From assembly GCA_016186955.1 (NCBI GenBank), contig JACPKP010000002.1:5566-69565 (forward strand): a stretch of 64,000 nt of DNA, in the 5' to 3' direction. This DNA comes from Candidatus Daviesbacteria bacterium (GTDB taxonomy: Bacteria; Patescibacteriota; Microgenomatia; Daviesbacterales; UBA10151). Shown one piece after another: positions 19,666 to 29,070 of this stretch. Under the pieces are notes generated by a model, which was not told where the DNA came from, searched no databases, and worked only from the letters and a program-made list of their open reading frames with translations. The stretch's first letter is position 1. Each line of letters begins with the position of its first letter. Position numbers and translations under genes: made by a program.

Positions 19666-20790
19666 CTATCCTCCGCCTCTATAAATTTTAGGTGTCAGCC
19701 AGTCTGGCGTTGGGGTCCCCCCATCTGGTGAGGCCGTTGCTGCGAATTCCCCGGACGGTACCTCCTCCGGTGATGGTACATCCTGTTGCGGTTGTATGTT
19801 TGTTGCCCCGATTTTTTTTTGGACTTGTTCTGTTTGAGGCTGTTGCGGTTGCTGCCCGGCTGGCGGTGAGCCTGCCGGATCCGCTGGCGGCGTTACGGGA
19901 ATCTGGAAGACTTTACTCAAGTCAAAGCCCTGCACAGCAGGTTCCTGCTGGGGTGGTTCGCTATACTGGATAGGGCTTGCATGCCCGCTAGCAGGCTGAA
20001 CAGGAGTTTGCACGGGTTGCGGAGTCTGCACGCTTTGGCCCTGCACCCTCCCGCCTGCCTGCATCGCCTGCCCTAGAGAAATAAACGTATCCGCAGTTAG
20101 GTTGTTTGTCAAATTGCCGGTTGCATCATAGATCCCTGTCAGGATATTTGTTGCAATATCCCCATCCAGGTTCAAACCCAAACCAGGAATAAGCTGTATC
20201 ATCATCTCGGAGATGGAATTGGTTGCAGGATCCACTATATTTACAGAACCAAAATTGGAGTTGAGGGATGAGTTATCAATATTTATAAGCGGGATATTTT
20301 GAAAACTCTGGATGTTTTGCTGGTAAACTGCACCAAGTTGGTTGGGCTGACCGGCGCCTATTGTAAAAATCATGTTGTAAGCGCCGCCCTGATATTTTGG
20401 GGTAATATGAACCGGCTCAAACCTCTGGCCGGGCACAACATGAAAAACCAGATTTAAGTTGGCGCCCTCAGGGTACCAGTCCAGCTTCTCAAGCGCAGGG
20501 ATCTTCCCTGAAGAATCCACCACGCCTTCCAACATCAAAGTTAAATCACCGCCGCCCTTAGGCAGTTCATTTGCCACATCCCCAACTCCATATAAATTAG
20601 TGTGTGAAACCCTGATTGTATCCTGTGTCACTAATGCCGCCCTTTTACCCGACTGTTGCAAAGAAAGCATCAGGGACAACGCAGCAGCCAGCTTATCCAC
20701 AGTAATTTTGGTAGGAAGAAAGATCAATATGTTTGAGGCTGAGGAAACCTGGTTTTTTAAATCTCCAAGCTGTAAGTCATATTTAGACAT
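19666..20790 (-). CDS. Hypothetical protein, possibly a degenerate DHH/DHHA1-like pseudo-phosphoesterase, with a Pro/Gln-rich C-terminal tail
   Basis: N-terminus ILIFLPTKITVDKLAAALSLMLSL resembles the NrnA-type motif I but lacks the His/Asp residues. The C-terminal 120 aa are low-complexity P/Q-rich. The gene is GC-rich. Confidence 0.35.
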   Translation of the reverse strand: MSKYDLQLGDLKNQVSSASNILIFLPTKITVDKLAAALSLMLSLQQSGKRAALVTQDTIRVSHTNLYGVGDVANELPKGGGDLTLMLEGVVDSSGKIPALEKLDWYPEGANLNLVFHVVPGQRFEPVHITPKYQGGAYNMIFTIGAGQPNQLGAVYQQNIQSFQNIPLINIDNSSLNSNFGSVNIVDPATNSISEMMIQLIPGLGLNLDGDIATNILTGIYDATGNLTNNLTADTFISLGQAMQAGGRVQGQSVQTPQPVQTPVQPASGHASPIQYSEPPQQEPAVQGFDLSKVFQIPVTPPADPAGSPPAGQQPQQPQTEQVQKKIGATNIQPQQDVPSPEEVPSGEFAATASPDGGTPTPDWLTPKIYRGGG

Positions 20791-20839
20791 ATTTTGTGCA
20801 ATTTTACACCTTTTTTAAAATGGGTGCAAGCCTGAAAAA

Positions 20840-21043
20840 TCAAATGGGATCAAAGAAGTGGCGGAATAAAGGTACATAAAGATTATCCATCTCTATTTTT
20901 TCCTCAGGCGTCAATGGACCTTGTTTATAATGGAGCTCCCCGTAGCGGGCCATTGCTTGGGAATAATTTTCCCCGTCAAACAGGTCATTATAGGTAAAGG
21001 TGAGTAGTGCACTGCCCAAATCCTGTTCCGGGCTTTTTGGCAT
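20840..21043 (-). CDS. Small hypothetical protein
   Basis: 67-aa ORF with no recognisable motif. Confidence 0.25.
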   Translation of the reverse strand: MPKSPEQDLGSALLTFTYNDLFDGENYSQAMARYGELHYKQGPLTPEEKIEMDNLYVPLFRHFFDPI

Positions 21044-21128
21044 ACAAACAGTATATTACCACAAATTTTTTCTTTGTCAACCTTGATATGACCAAGGCCT
21101 ATTCAGTCTATAAAAGAGGATTTTGAGA

Positions 21129-21467
21129 TTACCCGCAAGGCCAGTCATGTCTTTTTCTTCCTTCTATGAATTTATCTATTATTACTTGATGCCGTCTATA
21201 TAATTCAAGCTCCTCTCCAAAATTGGCCTTTTGCTCTTCACTTGGATGAGGAAATGCAGTTTCAAATTGACCTATGGTAAAAACTTCTGTTATTTCATCA
21301 TGGGATTTAGGTTGATCTATTTTTAACAGATTTTCAATACTTGGATGTTCCATGCAGTGAACATATTGTTCACTATAAACCGTTCTCTCTTCTGCCACAT
21401 GATATTTTCTTACAAATTCTTCTGAATTTGGGCAGATCTGAATTTCAGGCAAAGACATGCTTAACAT
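21129..21467 (-). CDS. Hypothetical protein
   Basis: 112-aa ORF immediately downstream of the duplicated infB-end repeat. Confidence 0.3.
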   Translation of the reverse strand: MLSMSLPEIQICPNSEEFVRKYHVAEERTVYSEQYVHCMEHPSIENLLKIDQPKSHDEITEVFTIGQFETAFPHPSEEQKANFGEELELYRRHQVIIDKFIEGRKRHDWPCG

Positions 21468-21487
21468 TATAACACAGGTTTCAACTT

Positions 21488-21537
21488 ATAATGTTCTAAA
21501 ACTTTGGACTAAATCCCCAATCTGGAAATCAACCTGA
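21488..21537. repeat. Direct repeat: synonymous-variant duplicate of the last 16 codons plus stop of infB, bounding the AbiE-like cassette
   Basis: The minus strand reads QVDFQIGDLVQSFRTL*, identical at protein level to the true infB end at 22404-22453. The two copies differ at 6 of ~50 nt, all synonymous, with TAA versus TAG stops. Confidence 0.7.
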
Positions 21538-21546
21538 TATTTTCAT

Positions 21547-22203
21547 TTACTTGACTAATTTGCCTCCAATTTTTTTTGCTAAATTCCGGAAATAATCTTT
21601 TAGCTCATCTAAAGTCAGCGGCAAAATCATCTTAGGAAGATACTCAAAAGACTCTACTTTTAAAAAACTTGAAGCGATGACTAGTGGGTCAGTTTTTATT
21701 CCAAATTTTTTCTGTACTCCTCCTATTAAATCCCAAATTGTAAATCTTTTTAAAAGAAAATAAAGGTCAACAAAATCTTTAACTTCTGCCCTTTGCTCTG
21801 TCATCAATAACTTATTGGCAGCAATATCAAATAAACTGTCAACCTTAACCCCATCTTTTACAATTAAAGGCTCAAGTCTTTTATAAGGATAAAACGCAAA
21901 ATCTACCTTGACTGCATTTTGTTTAGGGAAAGTTAAAATATAAACTTGAGTTTCTTCAGCCGGGACATACTCAATTTTAAAGTGGTATTTATTTTTTAAA
22001 AGATTTAATTTTGTTAATATAGTTTGAGAGTCGAATTCCTGTTCTGAAAAAAAATCCAGGTCAACTGAAATGCGGTGGTTAAGGTAATACAAAGATAAGG
22101 CAGTCCCGCCGGAAAAATAAAAATTAGCGCTAAGAAATGGATCCACTGCAAATTCAGAAAGTAACAATTTTTGCTCAGAAGAAATAATAGTTATTTTCCC
22201 CAT
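21547..22203 (-). CDS. AbiEii/DUF1814-family nucleotidyltransferase (type IV toxin/abortive-infection toxin)
   Basis: FYFSGGTALSLYYLNHRISVDLDFF matches the AbiEii NTase motif GGTALS...RxSxDxDF. Size 218 aa. Confidence 0.7.
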   Translation of the reverse strand: MGKITIISSEQKLLLSEFAVDPFLSANFYFSGGTALSLYYLNHRISVDLDFFSEQEFDSQTILTKLNLLKNKYHFKIEYVPAEETQVYILTFPKQNAVKVDFAFYPYKRLEPLIVKDGVKVDSLFDIAANKLLMTEQRAEVKDFVDLYFLLKRFTIWDLIGGVQKKFGIKTDPLVIASSFLKVESFEYLPKMILPLTLDELKDYFRNLAKKIGGKLVK

Positions 22204-22391
22204 ATTAGAAGCTGAAATAATCTCTTTCTGAGGGGTAAGAGGTGTAATTTACCCCAATGCTTTTTAACTTCCTCCAGTTTTATCCTCTTATTACCCTCTC
22301 TGCCATAGTTAATTAATCTTTCAAGCAGTAAGATTCTGCCTGATTCGGTTTTTTGAAGTTTTTTTTGGTCATAATCCCAAATTAGAGCCAT
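22191..22391 (-). CDS. Small ORF overlapping the AbiEii start; candidate cognate antitoxin or fragment
   Basis: 66 aa, 13-nt overlap with the toxin gene in typical TA arrangement. No wHTH recognised. Confidence 0.35.
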   Translation of the reverse strand: MALIWDYDQKKLQKTESGRILLLERLINYGREGNKRIKLEEVKKHWGKLHLLPLRKRLFQLLIWGK

Positions 22392-22403
22392 ATTTTTATT
22401 ATA

Positions 22404-23933
22404 CTATAACGTCCTGAAACTCTGCACTAAATCCCCGATCTGGAAATCAACCTGGGGCTCAAATATCATCCCGCATTCATCCCCCTTTTCAACCTTCACT
22501 ATCTCTTCCTTAACTTTTTTAATGGATTTTATCTTCATCTCTCCTATAACCTTATCTCCACGCACAACCCTTGCCTTTGGCCCTTTTGAAATATTACCGT
22601 CTAAAACCTTACATCCTGCAATCCGCTCGTTTTTGCCATACGGAAATTCTGCCACAATCTGCGCAGTCCCAAAAACCTCCTCAATCGCCCCCACTTTTAA
22701 CATCTCCTCCACTACCTGTTTTAACTCATCAATCAACTCATAAATTATTGTGTAAGTCCTGACTAAAACATGCTCATTTTCTGCAATCTTTTGGGCGGTC
22801 GGGACAACAATACTGTTAAAACCTATCACAATTGACCTAGTTGAGGCAGCAAGTTTTATATCTGATTCCATAATCCCACCTGTCCCTGAAGATATTACCT
22901 TGACATGCTCACCCCCAGTATTAAATCCCTTGAGCGCTTCCTCTATCGCTTCCAACGAACCCTGTTTATCAGCTTTTATCACCACATTCAAAGTTGTGGT
23001 ATCAGCCTGCCTCAATTTATCAATTAAAGATCTGGTTTCACTTGACTCTTGACTCTTGACTCTTGACTCTTCCCCCAGAGCTGCCCCCACCTCAGGCACA
23101 ATTTCCAAACCCAAAACTTCAACCGGTGTTGAGGGGCCGGCGCTGTCAACAGGTTTGCCGGCAAAATCAAACATCCCCCTGATCTTACTTTTAACTCCGC
23201 CCAGCGCTATCTGGTCGCCTTTTCTTAAAGTTCCACTGCGCACCAATATTGTTGCAATCGGGCCTTTAAATTTATCCAGGTTCGCTTCAATTACCACTCC
23301 CACAGGTAAGGCCAGCGGGTCACCTTTGATCTCGTTTAACTCCGCCACCAACAAAATCATCTCCAAAAGTTTATCCACTCCTACCCCTGTTTTTGCTGAA
23401 ACAGGCACAACCGGCACATCCCCTCCATACTCTTCCACCAAAACCTTTTGGTCAGACAATTGTTTTTTAATTTTTTCAGTCTGGACCTTAATATCAATCC
23501 CCGGCAGGTCAATTTTGTTTAAAGCCACTATCATGGAGACTTTAGCTTCCTGGATATGTTTTATAGCTTCCACTGTCTGAGGCATCACCCCATCATCTAA
23601 AGCTACAACCAATACAGCAATATCCGCAACTTTTGCACCTCTTGATCTCATTTTTTCAAAAGCTGCATGGCCCGGAGTATCTATAAAAGTTATCGTATCT
23701 TCCTCATCACTTTTGACTTTTGACTTTTGACTTTTGACTTTTACCTGGTAGGCCCCAATCGCCTGAGTAATCCCACCATGTTCTTTGGCTGCAACAGAAG
23801 ATTTCCTGATAAAATCGAGCAGGGAAGTTTTTCCATGGTCAACATGGCCAAGTATTGTGACTATCGGCGGTCTGGTTTGCTCTGCCATATTTTTTATTTT
23901 TACTACCCTCAAACAAGTTGAGAGATTTCTCAC
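22404..23933 (-). CDS. infB: Translation initiation factor IF-2 (short form starting at the G domain)
   Basis: GHVDHGKTSLLD, DTPGH and NKID G-motifs with downstream IF2 domains. The likely true start is the internal MAEQTRPP. Contains two heptanucleotide-repeat tracts. Confidence 0.9.
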   Translation of the reverse strand: MRNLSTCLRVVKIKNMAEQTRPPIVTILGHVDHGKTSLLDFIRKSSVAAKEHGGITQAIGAYQVKVKSQKSKVKSDEEDTITFIDTPGHAAFEKMRSRGAKVADIAVLVVALDDGVMPQTVEAIKHIQEAKVSMIVALNKIDLPGIDIKVQTEKIKKQLSDQKVLVEEYGGDVPVVPVSAKTGVGVDKLLEMILLVAELNEIKGDPLALPVGVVIEANLDKFKGPIATILVRSGTLRKGDQIALGGVKSKIRGMFDFAGKPVDSAGPSTPVEVLGLEIVPEVGAALGEESRVKSQESSETRSLIDKLRQADTTTLNVVIKADKQGSLEAIEEALKGFNTGGEHVKVISSGTGGIMESDIKLAASTRSIVIGFNSIVVPTAQKIAENEHVLVRTYTIIYELIDELKQVVEEMLKVGAIEEVFGTAQIVAEFPYGKNERIAGCKVLDGNISKGPKARVVRGDKVIGEMKIKSIKKVKEEIVKVEKGDECGMIFEPQVDFQIGDLVQSFRTL

Positions 23934-24017
23934 TTTATTCGAAATGACAACAATGAATCTGAAAAAATAAGGATTAGAAACTAAGAATTAAAGTGTTGCA
24001 AAAAAATCATAAACTTT

Positions 24018-25385
24018 TCATTCTTTTTTCTTTTCACTTACTTGGTCAGTCTCTTTCATATCCTCTTCTGCATCAGCTACAGCCTCTGCCTGTTCTTGTT
24101 CAACAGGTTCTGCCTGAACCTCACCTGCCTCTTCTTTTACAGCCTCATCAATATCCTTTTCCACCTGTTCAACTACTTTTTCCGGCTTCACCCCGGAGGT
24201 GTTGTCTGCCGGCTTTTCTTTTTTCTCATGAGTGCCTTTCTCTTTTGTTTTTTTCGGCTTTTTTCCTTTTTCCTTTTTTTCATCCTTCTTGCCCTTTGCA
24301 TTTTTATCCGCTGGCTCCTTTGACTCTTTTGCTGCCTCTTTTTCCCCACTTTCTTCCTGGACTCTAGACTCTTGCGTGCCCGCTGAAGCTTCGGCGGAAG
24401 CGGGCAACTTGTCACTGCTTTCGCCACTACCCTCGATATCAATCTTCCATCCGGTTAATTTTGCAGCCAACCGGACGTTTTGCCCGCCTTTGCCTATCGC
24501 CAAAGACAGCTGGTTGTCAGGCAGTTTTACTTTCGCCTCTCTGGCCTCTTCATTCAAAGTAACCTGTATGTCTTTCGCCGGGGAAAGGGCAGCAGCAATA
24601 AACCTGGCCGGGTCCTCTGAAAAAGAGATAATATCAATCTTTTCTTCTCCCAACTCGTTAATAACCGCCTGAACCCTAACTCCTTTTTGTCCTACTAAAC
24701 TGCCCACCGGATCCACTCCGTCCTGATGTGACAAAACAGCCACTTTGCTTCTCCCCCCAGCTTCCCTGGCAACTTCCTTGATTTCAACCGCGCCTGATTG
24801 GATTTCAGGCACTTCCAAAGCAAAAAGCCCTTTTACCAGCGCCGGATCTGTACGCGATACAACCACCTCAGGACCCCTGCCACCTTCCCTGATCTCTTTG
24901 ATAAAAACTTTCAAGCGTTGGTTTGGGGAATAAAACTCATCCCTGGTCTGTTCTGATGGTGGCATAATCCCCTCAGCTCTCCCCAAATCTACAAAATAAG
25001 TATTGCCTTCATGCCTCTGTATTGAACCTGAAATAACAGTCCCAACTTTTTGGGCATATTCATCTATAATCGCTCCTTTTTCTGCTTCATGCAGTTTTTG
25101 GGCAATCACCTGTTTGGCTGTCTGGGCTGCAATCCTGGCAAACCCGGGCGGTGTAACATTAACATCCCCCCTAAATATTCCTATTTCACCGGAGGCAGGG
25201 TTAATTTTGGCGATTAATGTATCAAAATCATCAGGGATGGGTTCGTTTCTGTATGAAAGGTCTTTCCTGTATGCGGCAAGCGCTGCCTGTTCAATGGCAT
25301 CTATGATAACCTGGGTATCAACCCCTTTTTCAGAGGCGATCTGGTTAATGGCAGCTGCAAATTCTGTCCTTGCTTGTAAGGCCAT
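24018..25385 (-). CDS. nusA: Transcription termination/antitermination factor NusA with a Lys/Glu-rich tail
   Basis: S1 and KH regions (GQKGVRVQAVINELGEEKID, LAIGKGGQNVRLAAKLTGWKIDI) in the classical nusA-infB arrangement. Confidence 0.9.
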   Translation of the reverse strand: MALQARTEFAAAINQIASEKGVDTQVIIDAIEQAALAAYRKDLSYRNEPIPDDFDTLIAKINPASGEIGIFRGDVNVTPPGFARIAAQTAKQVIAQKLHEAEKGAIIDEYAQKVGTVISGSIQRHEGNTYFVDLGRAEGIMPPSEQTRDEFYSPNQRLKVFIKEIREGGRGPEVVVSRTDPALVKGLFALEVPEIQSGAVEIKEVAREAGGRSKVAVLSHQDGVDPVGSLVGQKGVRVQAVINELGEEKIDIISFSEDPARFIAAALSPAKDIQVTLNEEAREAKVKLPDNQLSLAIGKGGQNVRLAAKLTGWKIDIEGSGESSDKLPASAEASAGTQESRVQEESGEKEAAKESKEPADKNAKGKKDEKKEKGKKPKKTKEKGTHEKKEKPADNTSGVKPEKVVEQVEKDIDEAVKEEAGEVQAEPVEQEQAEAVADAEEDMKETDQVSEKKKE

Positions 25386-25465
25386 ATAAATTTAAAGGTG
25401 GGACAAGCCCACCCTAATACAGTTGATATTGTAATCTCAAAACAACCCAAAAGTCAACCCTTAGG

Positions 25466-25500
25466 CAGAAAAAAGCCCCCCGCCAACCGGCAGGGGGCAA
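25466..25500 (-). terminator. Rho-independent terminator downstream of the cold-shock-domain gene
   Basis: The minus strand reads gccccctgccggttggcggggggcttttttctgcc: a GC stem followed by a T6 run. Confidence 0.5.
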
Positions 25501-25520
25501 AGACACCTGGAACCTGAACG

Positions 25521-25931
25521 TCAACCGGCCTGCTGCTGGACCAGCTTCTGACTAGGAAACCTGAATTTCGCCATCAAGTGCCACAAGGCATCGACGGCGT
25601 TTTCATGGACCTCCAAGTAAGCCCAACCAACCGCTCTTGAATCACCGTTGGCTGAAACAACCCGAACAAACACCACCCGCGGGGAGACACCCCCATCCAG
25701 AGCTTGCTGTTCGTTTGGTGAGACGACCTCACCTACTTTTGGATAATCCCATCCGAAAACCCCGGATTCAAGATCCACCCGGGGAACCCGGACAGCTTCA
25801 AGCCGGAAGTAAACATCCCTTCCGCCGGAATCAGGGACTATGAAACCATAGCCCCGATCCTCCCTGTAGAACTTCACGGTCCCTGTCTCAGCCACTCGAA
25901 AAACCTCCCAATGTTTCTTTCCAGATGCCAT
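25521..25931 (-). CDS. Cold-shock-domain protein with a C-terminal extension (GC-rich gene)
   Basis: GTVKFYREDRGYGFI matches the CSD RNP1 region. The gene is markedly GC-richer than its neighbours. Confidence 0.55.
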   Translation of the reverse strand: MASGKKHWEVFRVAETGTVKFYREDRGYGFIVPDSGGRDVYFRLEAVRVPRVDLESGVFGWDYPKVGEVVSPNEQQALDGGVSPRVVFVRVVSANGDSRAVGWAYLEVHENAVDALWHLMAKFRFPSQKLVQQQAG

Positions 25932-26031
25932 TGCACGAAGACAATCACAAACCGCTTAAGGTTTGCCACCATCTTTTGATGCGGGGGAATTGTAACACAA
26001 ACAGAATCAAGATGTCAAACTATGAGCTACC

Positions 26032-26451
26032 CTAAACTTTAATTACAAATGTACTTGCTATTTTGTCATGCAACCCCTGCTTTTTAGCATCAAATGCTAT
26101 CATTAAATACCCTATGCCCAAAATAATTCCGGAGATCATCTTCCCTATTATCTCCCTTAAGAAAAAGGTCATCAGTGTCGGTGTCTTACCCGACACATCA
26201 ACAACCTTGATATTCATAATTTTCTTACCAATAGTTTGGGTCTGAGACTGCTGGTAGAAAACATAATAGCCTATGCCAAGCCCCAGCTGTATGATCATAC
26301 CCAAAAATCCAAGCTTAATGCTGGTAAGAACCAACATCAGTAAAAAACTCACCACACCTACAATGAGGGCGTCGATAATTGCTGCCACAAACCTGATCCA
26401 AAAACCTGCATAATTCAAACTAATCACCTCCCTTTGACATACTGTTTTCAA
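26032..26451 (-). CDS. RDD-family membrane protein
   Basis: Motifs AGFWIRFVAAIIDALIV and a C-terminal GLHDKIASTFVIK (RDD-like). Confidence 0.65.
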   Translation of the reverse strand: MKTVCQREVISLNYAGFWIRFVAAIIDALIVGVVSFLLMLVLTSIKLGFLGMIIQLGLGIGYYVFYQQSQTQTIGKKIMNIKVVDVSGKTPTLMTFFLREIIGKMISGIILGIGYLMIAFDAKKQGLHDKIASTFVIKV

Positions 26452-26471
26452 CAGCGTAACATAAATCTACT

Positions 26472-27530
26472 ATGGAAGAAAATAGCAACCAACCCGACTG
26501 GTCCATTTCTGAGCTTTACGAAAAAAGTTGGGAGATAATCAAAAAAAATAAAGTACTTTGGGTTTTTGGGATGGCGCTGGCTGGGGCAGGATCATCCTTC
26601 AGCTCTTTTAGCAACTCTTCTTCCAATTTCAAAGATCTAATCAACCCTTCTTCCAGCCCCTTGGCTTCCCCTGCTTCAAACCAGATCAGCCAGGTGCTGG
26701 GTGCAGCGGCCTCAAACCCGAACTTACCCGACATAGGGCAAATTATCTTAATTCTCCCCTGGTACTTATATTTAATTTTAGGCAATATGGCGCCAATCCT
26801 CGCAAGCATCCCCTGGTACTTATATTTAATTTTAGGCCTGGAAATATTAGCCTTGGTTATTCTGGGTTATACCATCAGTATAATTTATAGTGTCTGGTCA
26901 CACGCCTCCTTAATACAGGGCGTGCAGAAAGCCCTGGGCAGTGAAAAACTAACCATAGCCGACACCTCTGAAAAGGCATTTCCAGCCATTAAGTCCTTAG
27001 CATTTTTAAGTATTGTACCAAGCTTTGTTATTGTTGGTGTGGGAATAGTCATGTCCGCAGTTTTTATATTCTTGCTGACGCTTGGCGGCGCTGTATTTAA
27101 AATTATAGCCGGGCTTTTACTGGCAGTTTGGGTTATCTTTTTCCTGCTGGCTCTTATTATGCTCTCTTTAACCTTGATCTGGTCTTACAGGGAAGTCATC
27201 CTCAGGCAAAAACCGGCCATGGAAGCGTTCAAAAGAGGCTACTATCTTGCCAAGAAAAAGCTTTGGTCAATGCTTTTGCTGGGTCTTGTCAATACCATTT
27301 TATCTGCAGTTGTCACAGGTATTCCAATTGTTGTAGCTTTTGGTGTTGTAGTAGGCGGCTTTCTTAGCTTAAGCGCCTTCAAGGATTTGGCTGTGGTTCT
27401 GATTATATTAGGAACCATCCTCTTCTTTGTGGTCATTATCGGGCTAACATTGCTTGGAGGAATCTTGAATGCCTTCAAAACTTCTGTCTGGACAATTGCT
27501 TATAACAAAATAGCCAAAAAATATGGATAA
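26472..27530 (+). CDS. Polytopic membrane protein with an internal in-frame 28-bp direct repeat
   Basis: Multiple hydrophobic helices. PWYLYLILG is encoded twice by identical 28-bp repeats at 26756-26783 and 26810-26837. Confidence 0.45.
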   Translation: MEENSNQPDWSISELYEKSWEIIKKNKVLWVFGMALAGAGSSFSSFSNSSSNFKDLINPSSSPLASPASNQISQVLGAAASNPNLPDIGQIILILPWYLYLILGNMAPILASIPWYLYLILGLEILALVILGYTISIIYSVWSHASLIQGVQKALGSEKLTIADTSEKAFPAIKSLAFLSIVPSFVIVGVGIVMSAVFIFLLTLGGAVFKIIAGLLLAVWVIFFLLALIMLSLTLIWSYREVILRQKPAMEAFKRGYYLAKKKLWSMLLLGLVNTILSAVVTGIPIVVAFGVVVGGFLSLSAFKDLAVVLIILGTILFFVVIIGLTLLGGILNAFKTSVWTIAYNKIAKKYG

Positions 27531-28143
27531 CAACAGAAATGCATCGTTTGGATTGCGGTTTTTAGCCACTATCACTGAATTTTTTATTTTTCTGAGCATG
27601 CATTTATTGTTTTGGTTTTTTCTTATTCAAAGCAGTTCAATTTCCCAATTTTTTTATAATTTCATTTTATACTTGGTTGTCTTGGCGCTATCCCCTTTAG
27701 GTCTTTTGCACAGTCTTTTGTTCACATACTACCTGGGGGGGACTATAGGCAAGCTGGTTACCGGACTGAAAGTGGTAGATCGTTTAGGGCAACGTTTGAA
27801 TTTTAAAAGGGTTTTTTTCAGGCAAACCATCGGCTACCAGTTTTCATCCCTGGTATTTGGGCTGGGTTTTTTGTCTATCTTAAAATATGAAAATAAACTG
27901 GCTTGGCATGATAAGGCATCAGGTTCAAAAGTAATTGTTGCAAAAAATCTCTGGATGTTGTCTGCAGTTTTGGCGGTTATATTTTTCGTCTTCAACCTTT
28001 ACCTTGCTGTGTCTGTTTTGGATAAGGCATTCACAAGCCCGCTGCCCGGAGAAATATCAGAAATGTTTAAATCTGTTGGAAAATCTCAAATCCCTGCAGA
28101 AGAATCCACTCCCTCCGCCTTACCCAAACTCCGTGTTGACTAA
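27523..28143 (+). CDS. RDD-family membrane protein
   Basis: YYLGGTIGKLVTGLKVVD...LAWHDKASGSKVIV is RDD-like. Confidence 0.6.
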   Translation: MDNNRNASFGLRFLATITEFFIFLSMHLLFWFFLIQSSSISQFFYNFILYLVVLALSPLGLLHSLLFTYYLGGTIGKLVTGLKVVDRLGQRLNFKRVFFRQTIGYQFSSLVFGLGFLSILKYENKLAWHDKASGSKVIVAKNLWMLSAVLAVIFFVFNLYLAVSVLDKAFTSPLPGEISEMFKSVGKSQIPAEESTPSALPKLRVD

Positions 28144-28158
28144 CTCCCAACCTCCAAC

Positions 28159-29070
28159 TCAAAACCAGCTCTTTTTTTTACCTAAACTTTGGGCTAACTG
28201 CTCATAAAGCTGTTTTTCTTTACTGGTTAAATTTTTGGGCACCTCTACTTTAACCCTCACATAATGGTCGCCGCTTCCACCTTTAAGGGTTGGCACACCT
28301 TTACCTTTGACCCTAACCAGGGAACCTGGCTGGGTTGCAGGAGGTATCCTCAGTTTGACTTTTCCATGGATAGTTTTAACTTCAATAGTGTCTCCCAAAA
28401 CCGCTTGCGGCACTGGAATTGTCTCCTCTGTAAAAATATCCGCGCCTTCTCTGTGAAAGAAAGGGTGGCGCCTGACCCGGAAAACTATATCCACATCCCC
28501 AAAACGCATCCTGGTGCCCTCATCAACCCCGGCCGGGATTTTAATAGTCATCCTCTCTTTCGCCATCCTTCCCTGGTTGCCTTCTACTCTTTGTATCTCT
28601 ATCTCTTTTGTTACGCCATGGACTGCCTCATCAAAAGTCAAATCCATCTGGTAAGTCTGCCTTCTCCTAAAACCCCTGCTAAACTCTGCCCCAAATCCGC
28701 TCATCCCAAAGATCTGCTCAAAAAGTTCAAAAGGGTCAGCAAAACCCTCACCCTGACCACTCGATGAAGACCAGCTATAGCTAAAACCGCCGTTGCCAAA
28801 AGGATTGAAACCGCCCTCAAAAGGATTGCCAGCCCGCTGGCCGCCTCCGCCGGGGGCAAACGCGCTATGCCCAAACTGGTCATAAGTTTTTCTCTTCCCC
28901 GGGTCTGATAAAACCTGATAAGCTTCAGACACCTCCTTGAATCTCTCTGCAGCCCCGGCGGTTTTATCCACATCAGGGTGATGCTGCCTGGCCAGTTTTC
29001 TGTAAGCAGATTTAATCTCCGCCTCAGAAGCAGACTTACCAACACCTAGAATTTCGTAATAATCACTCAT
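28159..29070 (-). CDS. J-domain co-chaperone (DnaJ class B/CbpA-like, no zinc finger)
   Basis: DYYEILGV...HHPDVDK (HPD) J-domain, a G/F-rich region and C-terminal substrate-binding domains. No CxxCxGxG repeats. Confidence 0.8.
   Translation of the reverse strand: MSDYYEILGVGKSASEAEIKSAYRKLARQHHPDVDKTAGAAERFKEVSEAYQVLSDPGKRKTYDQFGHSAFAPGGGGQRAGNPFEGGFNPFGNGGFSYSWSSSSGQGEGFADPFELFEQIFGMSGFGAEFSRGFRRRQTYQMDLTFDEAVHGVTKEIEIQRVEGNQGRMAKERMTIKIPAGVDEGTRMRFGDVDIVFRVRRHPFFHREGADIFTEETIPVPQAVLGDTIEVKTIHGKVKLRIPPATQPGSLVRVKGKGVPTLKGGSGDHYVRVKVEVPKNLTSKEKQLYEQLAQSLGKKKSWF

Noticed and set aside
24042-25389. Several plus-strand ORFs antisense to nusA (93, 146, 62, 128 aa), including Phe/Leu-rich low-complexity translations
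   Set aside because: They are generated by the Lys/Glu-rich repetitive nusA tail on the other strand and are not credible genes.
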